From NCBI RefSeq assembly GCF_018350175.1, contig NC_058368.1, positions 199,828,001-199,892,000 of the forward strand: a stretch of 64,000 nt of DNA. Reading direction: 5' to 3'. This stretch comes from Felis catus. Lineage: Eukaryota. The notes beneath the pieces are model-generated. The model was not told where the DNA came from and searched no databases. It saw nothing but the letters and a program-made list of their open reading frames with translations. Position numbers and translations under genes: made by a program. Within the stretch, counting starts at the first letter, position 1. Every line of letters starts with the position of its first letter. Of the stretch, positions 26,850 through 36,045 are shown in pieces.

Positions 26850-27530
26850 TTGAGTCTGTGCAGGAGGAGGGTAGCAGAGAAAAGCCTGAATCTGGACTTC
26901 ACCCTTCATGAGATGGGGAGCCACCAAAAGTTTGAAGCAAGGGGTTGACTGGATACAGATGAGTGTTTAGAAAGATAACACTAGTGACAATGGGAAGAAT
27001 GGACCAGAAGGATGAGAGCAAAAAACAGAAAAAACACTTTATAGTTGTCTAGACACAAAGAAAGCAAGGGTGGTGGCGGAAGTTATAGGAGGTGGGGAGG
27101 AAGGACAGAACTTGGAGATGGGCTGTCAGCCTGAAACACGGGAAAAGATCCCCAGGTTTAGCGTTTGCTAAACAATACAGCAGAGACGATACAGCAGAGA
27201 ATTCTGGAGGGCAGGTGTTGACTTCAGTTGGGGATGCATTGAGGACATGCTTACGGGACGTCTAGGCGGAGATATTTGGTAGCAGATGGAAATCTCGATC
27301 TGGAACCCGGCGAAGAGTCTGGCTGGAGATCCTGACTTGAGTGGGGGAACTAGCCCAGAGAGAACAGGTGGAATGAAGACAAGGACCCAGGATGGAACTC
27401 TAAACACCAAGGACTGGGCTAAACAGAGGAGCCTGTGAAAGAGAGTGAGGAAGAACCACCTGGAAAATAGGAAAATAGCGAGACTAGAAGACAGAGGTGG
27501 AGGGTGTCTCAAGGGTGTCTCAGGAGGACA
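26850..27530 (-). mobile_element. L2 LINE remnant
   Basis: Purine-rich degraded L2 body similar to 1040-2010. Confidence 0.6.
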
Positions 27531-29039
27531 GAGCTGCCAAAATACATATTAAAGGAAGGATTTACTTATTCTGAGAGAAATTAGAGTATTTACAGCTTGA
27601 AGGGAATTAGAGAAAGGATTTGAAGGTACTCATTAAAGAGGCAGTGACTCCGGGGCAGGGTGCCAGACACAGGGAGAAAAGATGAGGATTATCCATGGCC
27701 TGGCAGCACACGAGGATGTAAATGCCATCGTGCATTTTAAAATTACATTTTCTTTTCCTCTGGGGACCTATTATTTAGACTATGAATTATCTGGGCCCCT
27801 TACGGTCTTTCTTTTCCATCCTTTGCCTGCCGGTTACCATTTCAATGACTGCAGGCACTTAAACCAAGGGGTGATCAATGCGAGGTGATAAATATGAAAC
27901 TGAACCCTGAGCACTGCTTTTTCTTAAATACCCATGAGAAGGTTTACAGAAAGTGTATTTGACTCTAAGTGTTAAAATGAGATTTGAGGGTTTTAAGTTT
28001 CTACACTGGTTGGCATGTATACTGGAGAGGCGGTAAGATGTATAAACACACACACATATGCTTGTTACATTTTCATTTTTGATATGTATTTATATTACAC
28101 AATTGTACGGGTATATAATTTATAAACAACTATATGTGTGTGTGTAGTAATGATGACTATTCAAAAATTTTACACAGAGTAATGCCATAAAAAATTTCAG
28201 CTATCACTGACCCAGACATTCAATTATTCATGTTAATCTTGGATATTCGTGGTATCAGCAAATCACGTTGCTTCCCTAGGAACCTGGATTAATATCACAA
28301 ATGACAAAGCTTTATTATGAGTACCTTGAATTAAGAGAAAACTTAGTTCTTGAGTATGCAAGTAACTGAAACAGGAGGAAGGAATAAATGTAAAAAAATA
28401 TTTGTACAGACGTCATTTTAAATCACCTTTGCTTGCTTGCACTGATTTGTCCTTATTAACTAACTCCAGGTTAAGAATCTCTATACCTGACTTCATGCCT
28501 TGCAGCAATACATTCCACTAAAGTATTTCTCACTGCTCTTTAAAAAACAAGCCTCAACACTTCAAAGATAAGAAAATGATGTTATGTTTCCATAGCTTCT
28601 ATTAATAATGGGTAATTAAAGAAAGATGAAAAGCTTGGATTTAAATGTCTATTAGTTCTTGGGAAGGTTGTGGTGTTCCAGGGACTGATTTCAATGTGAC
28701 TCCAACTTTATCCCAACCCCCCAGATTAAGGTTGATGGCCCCCCAAAACACTCTTAGGGGCCCAGCACAGAATATCTGTGAAGCACCAGACACAGAGTTA
28801 GACAGAAAACCTAATAATGCATAGTCTGTGCTGGGGGTACGGATGGTGGTGCTATTTCTCTGTTATCTTTGACTGGAAGTAAATGCTACAGGGTTATCTA
28901 GATTAGGTTTCTTCCAGAGTAATAGCGTGCCTAAATGCCTCAATGGAGGATAAGAAATATTTGTGTATATTTTAGGAAATACTTATATTCTTTGTAAAAA
29001 CACTTGTTTTGATAGCTGTTCAAACTACAAAATTTAAAT

Positions 29040-29252
29040 TAAAAAAATTTTTTTAATGCTTATTTTTATATTTGAGAGAGAGCTCTCTCACAAGTAGGGC
29101 AGGGGCAGAGAGGGAGACACGGAATCTGAAGCAGGCTCCTGGCTCTGAGCTGTCAGCACAGAGCCCTACGTGGGGCTCAACCTCACCAACCCGCAAGATC
29201 ATGACCTGGGCCGAAGTCGGCCACTTAACCGACTGAGCCACTCAGATCCCCC
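29040..29252 (-). mobile_element. SINEC SINE
   Basis: 20-bp TSD tcaaactacaaaatttaaat at 29020-29039 and 29253-29272. Confidence 0.93.
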
Positions 29253-30173
29253 TCAAACTACAAAATTTAAATGCGACTCCCCCCTCCTCCTCCCAGTAAA
29301 CTAAAGTTCCGATTGTAAGCACACACCAGGCTCTGGAAAAGATCTGGAGGAGGTACACGTGAAGGATGATGGTCACACAACTTTGTGCAAAAGGAGTCAG
29401 GTGATGGGTGGGTCCCACTCTCACGGCCCTGCAGCTGGAGCTATGGCCTCGGTTAATTCTCTTGTTGGCAGCAGCTGAGATCAAGAAAGTAAAAAGAACT
29501 TTTCCTGGCCTAAGTTTACATTAAGTTGAACAGAAACGTTACAACAATTGGAGGAAGGCAGAAGGGAAGGAAGAATTCCCATCTGCCAAGCGTTTAAGAG
29601 GCGCTTGGTTTCTCCACGTCCGCTAAGGGAAGAAACGTCAGTGCTGCGGCCTGAAGAAATGGGAGCATACTTCACACCCTTGGGCTGAAAAACAAGCATT
29701 TGGGGCTCCCAGACTCCTGCAAAGCCAGCAGGCATCGCGCTGGGGGGGTGCATGCTGCTTTCCAGAACCGGATTCCCGGGACCCTAAGAACGCTCGGGTG
29801 CGGATGCTGGGCGGCACGGGCAGTCTAAACCACGCTGCGGGACTCTCGACCTTCAGGACACCCCTTAGTCTCCACTGCCCCTGTGCCTGTGTGTGCGTGC
29901 GCGTGGCTCTAAAACCAAAGCGCGCAGTGAGCTGACTTTGAAGGGTGCTTCACAGACAGGGTGAGTCAGGCTTTATGGGGACACCAGGCGGGGGAGAGAG
30001 GGAATGGGGAGTCTTTCTCTACACAGCTCCGGATGGCTGGGAGCCGGGGTCCACGTGGAATCCAGCAGAGAGGCGCGCTGCCTGCGCCCCTCATCCCGCA
30101 AACTCCTCCCTCCTGCGCCCAGGCCCCGCGCAGGTCCCTCTAGCAGCTGATGGAGAGCGAACTCCCCGCTTAC

Positions 30174-30228
30174 CTTGACTGAGCACTAACACCAGCAACG
30201 GCGCGCCCCCTGTCCATCCTGACCGCAT
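30174..30228 (-). CDS. ITGA2: Integrin alpha-2 exon 1 coding part (signal peptide MRSGWTGGAPLLVLVLSQ-G)
   Basis: ATG at 30228-30226 (aggATGc); 18 codons plus 1 nt, then donor G|GTAAGC. Matches recalled human MGPERTGAAPLPLLLVLALSQG. Lies in a CpG island, and its phase-1 end fits exon 2. Confidence 0.96.
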
Positions 30229-30350
30229 CCTGAGCCTGCCCGGGGACGGTAGCTGCTCTCGGTTTGCAGAGGGACTCCAGAACCCGGACTCTTCAGAAGC
30301 CGTCCCGAGAGCTTTTCTCCCCCGCCGGGGTGAGGACGGAGAAAAGTTGC
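30229..30350 (-). other. ITGA2: ITGA2 5' UTR (TSS approximate)
   Basis: ctgcaaaccgagagcagctaccgtccccgggcaggctcaggATG resembles the recalled human leader. No upstream ATG; GC boxes lie immediately upstream. Confidence 0.7.
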
Positions 30351-30967
30351 CTGGCAGCTCCTGGGGCGCCAAGGCCCGCCCCGCCCCGCCCCTCGGCCAG
30401 GCTAACACCGGATCTGCCCCGGCCCCGCCCCGCCGAGCCCGGGCCCTGCAGCCCCGCCGGGCACCTGCGTTGCACCACACCCTCGGAAACCGCACCTTAA
30501 CTGCCCTGAGAGGTCCAGGTCCTGGGACCGCCGAAGCTGCGGGGCTGGGATCCGGGCGCCTGGCCCCTTTCCTGCCCTGCACTGGACTGGCGGGGCACAC
30601 CCGACGGGCGGGAGCCGGCCTGAAACTACGCCGCCCCCTGATGGCCTGCAGCCCGCCCCGCAGGAGACCCCCGGTCTCCCACCCGGAGAACCTTGCTGCT
30701 TCTGCAGCCCTTCGTGGCTCCAGGCTCCTGGAGCCTGGGGAGCTCCAGAGGTGCAGAGGTGGGGAGCAAGGGCAGCCGCGAGCCCGAAGCCACGCTTTTA
30801 GGGGGTGGCGCGGTGCGTGGCATTCTGTGCTTTTCTCAAGTGGGTGGAGAAAAGGACAAAAATAAGTGCAGAATGACCAGGTTAGAAACTAACTCGACAG
30901 GAAAGAAGATCTGCACACAAGTGATGATTATCCGAGGTATATTTAAGCAAGACCTGTCGCAAGAGCA

Positions 30968-30969
<2 letters not shown>

Positions 30970-31013
<44 letters not shown>
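30970..31013. repeat. (GT)22 / (AC)22 microsatellite about 0.6 kb upstream of the ITGA2 TSS
   Basis: Perfect dinucleotide run, counted directly. Confidence 0.98.
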
Positions 31014-31015
<2 letters not shown>

Positions 31016-31481
31016 TTCTCATTCATTCCTCTCCCCCAAGATAATAAGCAGCTGATGTGATTACTGAGTTTAAGCGATTTACTAAAAGACACAGACGAGT
31101 GAGAACCCATATATGAAATTGTGACTCTTCCTCTTTGTCTGTATTACACTGTGACCACTTCCTTCCATTACTTTAGTCTCAGATCTGGAAAAAGGACATT
31201 CTATAACCCTATCTGAGATTTTTACTTGCCAACCTAAGAAATAGGATATTCACTTTTCTTTAAATCTGGTTTTTCCTTCGAAAGTTCACTCACAAATCCC
31301 CAGCACATTACTGAGACCAGAATTCTTCCAGGGACTTCTTTTGTGAAATAGTCAAGTGTTTTAATAAATTACAATTAAAGAATTACTAGTCTAATCATTA
31401 TTATCGCCATTCCAAATCTCTGTGAAGCAAGTAGTATGAGCACTGTGTGATGCTTGGGATATTGCCACTCAGAAGTAAAGT

Positions 31482-31694
31482 GGGGGACGCCTGGGTGTCT
31501 CAGTCCCTTGAAGTGTCCACCTCTTGGTTTTGGCTCAGGTCCCGATCTCATGATTGGTGGTTCCAGCCCCACATCCGGCTCTGTGCTGACTGCTTGATGG
31601 AGTCTGCTTGGGTTACTCTTTTTCTCTCCCCACCTCTCTCTTTCTGCTCCTCCCCCACCCCCTCCCACCATATAAGTAAATAAGCATTAAAAAA
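31482..31694 (+). mobile_element. SINEC SINE in the ITGA2 upstream region
   Basis: TSD agaagtaaagtgg at 31471-31483 and 31695-31707. Confidence 0.9.
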
Positions 31695-32071
31695 AGAAGT
31701 AAAGTGGTTCAGAGTGGAAGGACTTAATTAACTGGTAAAAATCAAATGCTCCCCTTTATAGCTGAGGCTGAAATCTTGAATTTTTAAAGTAGTAAATGGG
31801 TATTCGACAGCTGCTCCTGTTTATCATCATGACTATAAACCCAATACCTTTGAATTCAAAATGTATAGCCCCTGGTTGTTTCCTGTTTTCTTATCTGTCA
31901 CTTACTAATTCTACTGACTAATCATGACAAACACTCGAAAGCATTTTTTTTTCTTGACCTGTCTCTATAGTCCTCACCTGCTTACTAAAACTCCAGATAT
32001 CACCTGAGAGCTCTTAGGCGGCTACTCACTAACCCTGACCCCCAACCTTGACTCTCTTCACAGACTTCTTG

Positions 32072-32142
32072 CAGGAAGTCAGCCAGGTTTCAGGGAGATG
32101 AATATCTGTCTGTTTCCTTCTGACTCACTGAAATGTGAGTAA
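32072..32142. promoter_or_regulatory. Candidate upstream ITGA2 enhancer: ETS site plus dyad AP-1 pair
   Basis: CAGGAAGT at 32072-32079; TGACTCA at 32121-32127 and TGAGTAA at 32136-32142, 8 bp apart. Confidence 0.6.
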
Positions 32143-32602
32143 GTGTTTGGAACAGACCCTTGTTTGGGAGGCAGTATAGTTCCCTTCATGTGAGACAGGA
32201 ATCTGTGCTTTGTCTCTGGGTGCTCAAGAGGAAAATGCTCCCTTCTTTGCTTTTGTGCTCAGAGCTGGACAAGTTAACATTATGCTGGCATGAGGTACAG
32301 ATAAATCAGGAGCTATATTTTTCCAGAGCAGGCAAAAATTTCAAAGTTCAAGAAACAAAGAGTCATCTCCTGCCCCACATTAATTTTAAAACTATAAAGC
32401 GTTCTTGAGAAAAAGCAGTTTGAGAACTCATGCCTTAATCTTCTTAGGAACAATTCTGACTAGGTGTTGGACACCACATTCTGAGGAAATAAAATTAAGG
32501 CAGGGCTTTTTGAACTCTTTAGTCTCAGGGAGACCTTTACACTTAAAACTACTGAGAAACTCTCAGATGAATGGATAAAAGATGATGGAGATATATAAAT
32601 GT

Positions 32603-33116
32603 TAATATATTTCACATTTCATAAAGTTCTTTATTGGGCTGGCAGAGCTGGGAGCTGCCCTTGGAGTGGGGTCCCAGTCCCAGTCTGGAGTCTCCAGGTC
32701 TCTGGTGCCCCTGCCCCTGTTCCTGACTGGGGCAGGTGGTCTCCTCTGACAGGCTACTTAGTTTGCTCCTTAGGTACTCCCAGCTCTCCTTGGAGGGAGC
32801 CACTGAGAGAGCCGACATCACCATTATGATGCCTGAATTCCAGGACCTGTGGATGTGAAAGTTAAACTTTGGGGGTGCTGGGAATTGGGGTATCTTCAGA
32901 CTGGTCTGCTCACACACACAGTGGCTAACTAGTCTATGGCTGGGGGAACTACCTCCTCAGACTTCCAAGGGACAGTCTGGCTCTTGTCACTAGGCCCCAG
33001 CAGCTCCTGGTCATACACCAGGTAGACAGTGCCCCCAGCCACACTGCCCTCGATGAGAAACATCATCAGCAACCACACTTGGGGCACCATGGTTGCTCAG
33101 CTCTGCACACAAGGAC
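32603..33116 (-). pseudogene. MICOS13: Processed pseudogene of MICOS13 (QIL1/C19orf70, MICOS complex subunit MIC13)
   Basis: Intronless. ATG at 33090 gives MVPQVWLLMMFLIEGSVAGGTVYLVYDQELLGPSDKSQTVPWKSEEVVPPAID*, then after a frameshift VCEQTSLKIPQFPAPPKFNFHIHRSWNSGIIMVMSALSVAPSK-ESWEY. This matches recalled human MVARVWSLMRFLIKGSVAGGAVYLVYDQELLGPSDKSQ...QIPQLPAPPK...SWNAGIMTVMSALSVAPSKAREYSKEGWEY. Original stop near 32754-32756; AATAAA at 32635-32630. Confidence 0.93.
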
Positions 33117-33158
33117 AAGATGATGGGATATTACTCAGCCATAAAAAAGAAGGAAATC

Positions 33159-33384
33159 GGGGCGCCTGGGTGGCGCAGTCGGTTGAGCGTCCGACTTCAG
33201 CCAGGTCACGATCTCGCGGTCAGTGAGTTCGAGCCCCGCGTCAGGCTCTGGGCTGATGGCTCAGAGCCTGGAGCCTGTTTCCGATTCTGTGTCTCCCTCT
33301 CTCTGTGCCCCTCCCCCGTTCATGCTCTGTCTCTCTCTGTCCCAAAAATAAATAAACGTTGAAAAAAAAAATTAAAAAAAAAAA
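33159..33384 (+). mobile_element. Young SINEC_Fc SINE
   Basis: Consensus-like with a long pure A tail; perfect TSD aaaaaagaaggaaatc at 33143-33158 and 33385-33400. Confidence 0.96.
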
Positions 33385-34408
33385 AAAAAAGAAGGAAATC
33401 CTGCCATTTGCAATGACATGGATGAATCTGGAAGACATTATGCTAAGTGAAATAAGCCAGACAGAAAAAGACAAATATTGTAGGATCATGTGGAGATCTC
33501 ATGTGGAGATTTGCATGTGGAATCTAAAAAAGTCAACTCATAGTACAGACACTAGAATGATGGTTACCAGGGCTGGAGGTGAGGAAAATGGGGGGTCAAA
33601 GGGTACAAAATGTTGGTCAAAGGGTACAAACTTTCAGTTATAAGATGAATAGTCCTGGGTGTTTAGTGTAAAACCAAGTGACTGTAATTAATAATATTGT
33701 ATTGTATACTTGACACTTGCTAAGAGATTAAGTCTTAAGTGTTCTCACAAGAAAACAAACAAAAATGGTAACTGTGAGTGATGGATATGTTAATTATCTT
33801 GATTGTGATAATCACATCACTATGTATATCAAAACCTACTGATGTACATCTTTGATATATACAAGTTATAATTGTCAATTATACCTTAATAAAGCTGGAA
33901 AAATTATTGAGGATCCCAAAGAACTTTTGTTTATGTGGATTATTTCTCCCCATATTTACCATGTAAGAAATTGAAACATACATTTTCCAATATTTATGTA
34001 TTAATTCATTATGTATTAATTCAACAATAAGGCTCTTATGTGTTGACATAAATAGCATATGTTACAAAAAATAACTATATTTCCTCAAATAAAGAAAATC
34101 ATGAGAAGAAGAGCATTGTTTTACATTTTTTCCAATCTTTTCACTGTCTGGCTTAAAAAATAAACACTTGGAAAAAAAAAAAAACACTTGGATTCTCATA
34201 TCTGCTCCTGCACCCAATCTGTTGCGATATGTACTTTTGGTCAAATTATATGAATTAATTTGGTATCACACACATGTAATTGAAAAAAACAGGACATAAT
34301 TGTGGATATTCCTTTGATACTGCCCTCAAAATCAACAAGTAGTAGTTTCCTAAACGCTAGTTCTAATGTGGAATCTGAAACCACATCAATAAACTTTTTC
34401 TACCCTAG

Positions 34409-34836
34409 TGTTGATTTGCAACCTCAAAGTTCCTGGGGTTAAAATTTGAAACTGGCCCCCATACATGGAGGGCAAGGAGAGAGAAAAGAAAAAGGCAGAC
34501 CATTTCAGATTGGGCAGTGACAATTTTAATAAGCAAGGGAACTTATATACTTGGCTTGTCTGGAGTGGCTACAAAATGAGTAAATCTCCATACTTGCTGC
34601 CAGAATCTTAAGTTTATGTGGAGGCCTGAACAAGCAGGGTTCAGTCATTTATACAGTTGAGATGGTCTCAATAACACCTTACTTTCTCAAAGCTGTGTCC
34701 CTGAAGTGGTTTCTAGTGTGGAAACAGTAGGCAGAACATATGTTTCAGGGACAGGGGAAAGGATAAGAAGTCTCCAGTTACCTGGGTCCATCTTGCAGGT
34801 TAATCAGCAGTCACATCCTCTTAACCTCCTCCAACA
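34409..34836 (-). mobile_element. Solo LTR (family uncertain)
   Basis: Inverted termini tgttg...caaca, 5-bp flanks cctag/catag; interrupts the Charlie1 sequence. Confidence 0.7.
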
Positions 34837-35273
34837 CATAGTGCATTAAAATTCATTGGTCTATTGAGCACTTTGAATAGATCTTTTACTCATGCAAGGT
34901 TTTGTCCCATCATGCATTGGTCATTTGGAAAATGTTGGTTCACTGAGTTATGCAGATTTTCCAATAATTGACACATTTCATTACACAATATCAAAATAAT
35001 CGTATTTTCACCTACCTCATTAGAAAACTCTCTATATATTGGGAAGCTGTCAAGCTCATGCCAGCAGACACACATTTTTCAAAATTCCAACTTCCATTTG
35101 AAAGCTTGAATTTTATCATTAGCCATGCATACTATCAGTTGTTCTGTATGAAATGAAAGGCCCACTTCATTCATTTTTGAGAAATGTCTACCAAATACCC
35201 AAGTCTGAATAGTTATAGTTTGTCTATCAGTGTTCTTTCAAGTAAAACTGGTGTTCCATGAAAAACACGGCTA

Positions 35274-35478
35274 GGGGGCACCTGGGTGGTTCAGTCAGTT
35301 AAGCACCCAACTCTTGATTTCGTTTCCGGTCATGATCTCATGGTTTGTGAGATCAAGGCCTCTGTTGGGCTCTGTGCAGACAGCACGGACCCTGCTTGGG
35401 ATTCTCTCTCTCCCTCTCATTCTGCCCCTCCTTCTCTCTCCCTCTCTCTCAAAGTAAATAAATAAACATTAAAAAAAG
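35274..35478 (+). mobile_element. SINEC SINE
   Basis: gggggcacctgggtgg head, (CT)n, aaataaataaacatt tail. Confidence 0.9.
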
Positions 35479-35649
35479 AATGTGCCTAGTTCCATTTATA
35501 GGTCCTTGAGACAACTACCTGATTACAGGGTGCAGCATAAGCATGTGTATGCCTACATCTACTCATGCAAAATATTTAAAAGACATGTACTTAAGGGTTG
35601 AGATTTAATAAAGGTAGTTAATTTTTACTGCTTTGTCAAGGACATTCTT

Positions 35650-35856
35650 TTTTTTTTAATGTTTATTTTTGAGAGAGAGAGAGAGAGAGAGAGAAAGAAA
35701 GAGAGAGAAAGCATGAGCGGGGAGGGGCAGAGAGAGAGGGAGACACAGAATCCGAAGCAGGCTCCAGGCTCTGAGCTGTCAGCACAAACCAAACCATGAG
35801 ATCATTACCTGAGCTGAAGTCAGAAGCTTAATCAACTGAGCCACCCAGGCATCCCC
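35650..35856 (-). mobile_element. SINEC SINE with internal deletion
   Basis: TSD tgtcaaggacattctt at 35634-35649 and 35857-35872. Confidence 0.92.
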
Positions 35857-35885
35857 TGTCAAGGACATTCTTAAGTGAAACTAGC

Positions 35886-36045
35886 TTTCTCCTTCCTCTC
35901 TCCCTTCCTTCTTCCCCTCCTTCCTTCCTTCCTCCTTCTTCCTTTCTTCTCACCTTCCCTCCTCCCCTCCCTTCCTCTGTCCTCTTCTCCTACCTTTTCT
36001 TCTTCCTTTCTCCTCCCCCTGCCCCCTCCCTCTCTTTCCTTTTCT
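35886..36045. repeat. Polypyrimidine (CT-rich) low-complexity tract
   Basis: About 160 nt almost entirely C/T. Confidence 0.9.

Larger units (their letters stand above)
3493..30173 (-). other. ITGA2: ITGA2 intron 1 (26,681 bp, GT-AG)
   Basis: Defined by the exon 1 donor and exon 2 acceptor; reading frame is continuous across the junction. Confidence 0.93.
29700..30830. promoter_or_regulatory. ITGA2: CpG island / TATA-less promoter of ITGA2
   Basis: The only extended CpG-dense, GC-rich segment in the window. Tandem GC boxes at 30375-30392 and 30417-30434, E-box CACCTG at 30462-30467, AP-1 TGAGTCA at 29962-29968 in proximal intron 1. Confidence 0.92.
32557..33899 (+). mobile_element. L1MA-like 3' end hosting the MICOS13 retrocopy and a SINE
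   Basis: gatgaatggataaa...atattactcagccataaaaaagaaggaaatcctgccatttgc...ccttaataaagctgg; 10/12 TSD aaaactactgag at 32545-32556 and aaaattattgag at 33900-33911. Confidence 0.85.

Noticed and set aside
30091..30865. Long ORFs over the CpG island (169 aa minus, 172 aa plus, others)
   Set aside because: Stop-poor GC-rich DNA. Only 30174-30228 matches a known protein and ends at a proper splice donor.
32579..33126. aagatgatgg at 32579-32588 and 33117-33126 as a definitive TSD of the retrocopy
   Set aside because: A 10-bp match, but about 14 nt of L1-like sequence separates the left copy from the insert and the poly(A) tail is degraded, so the true TSD cannot be fixed by eye.
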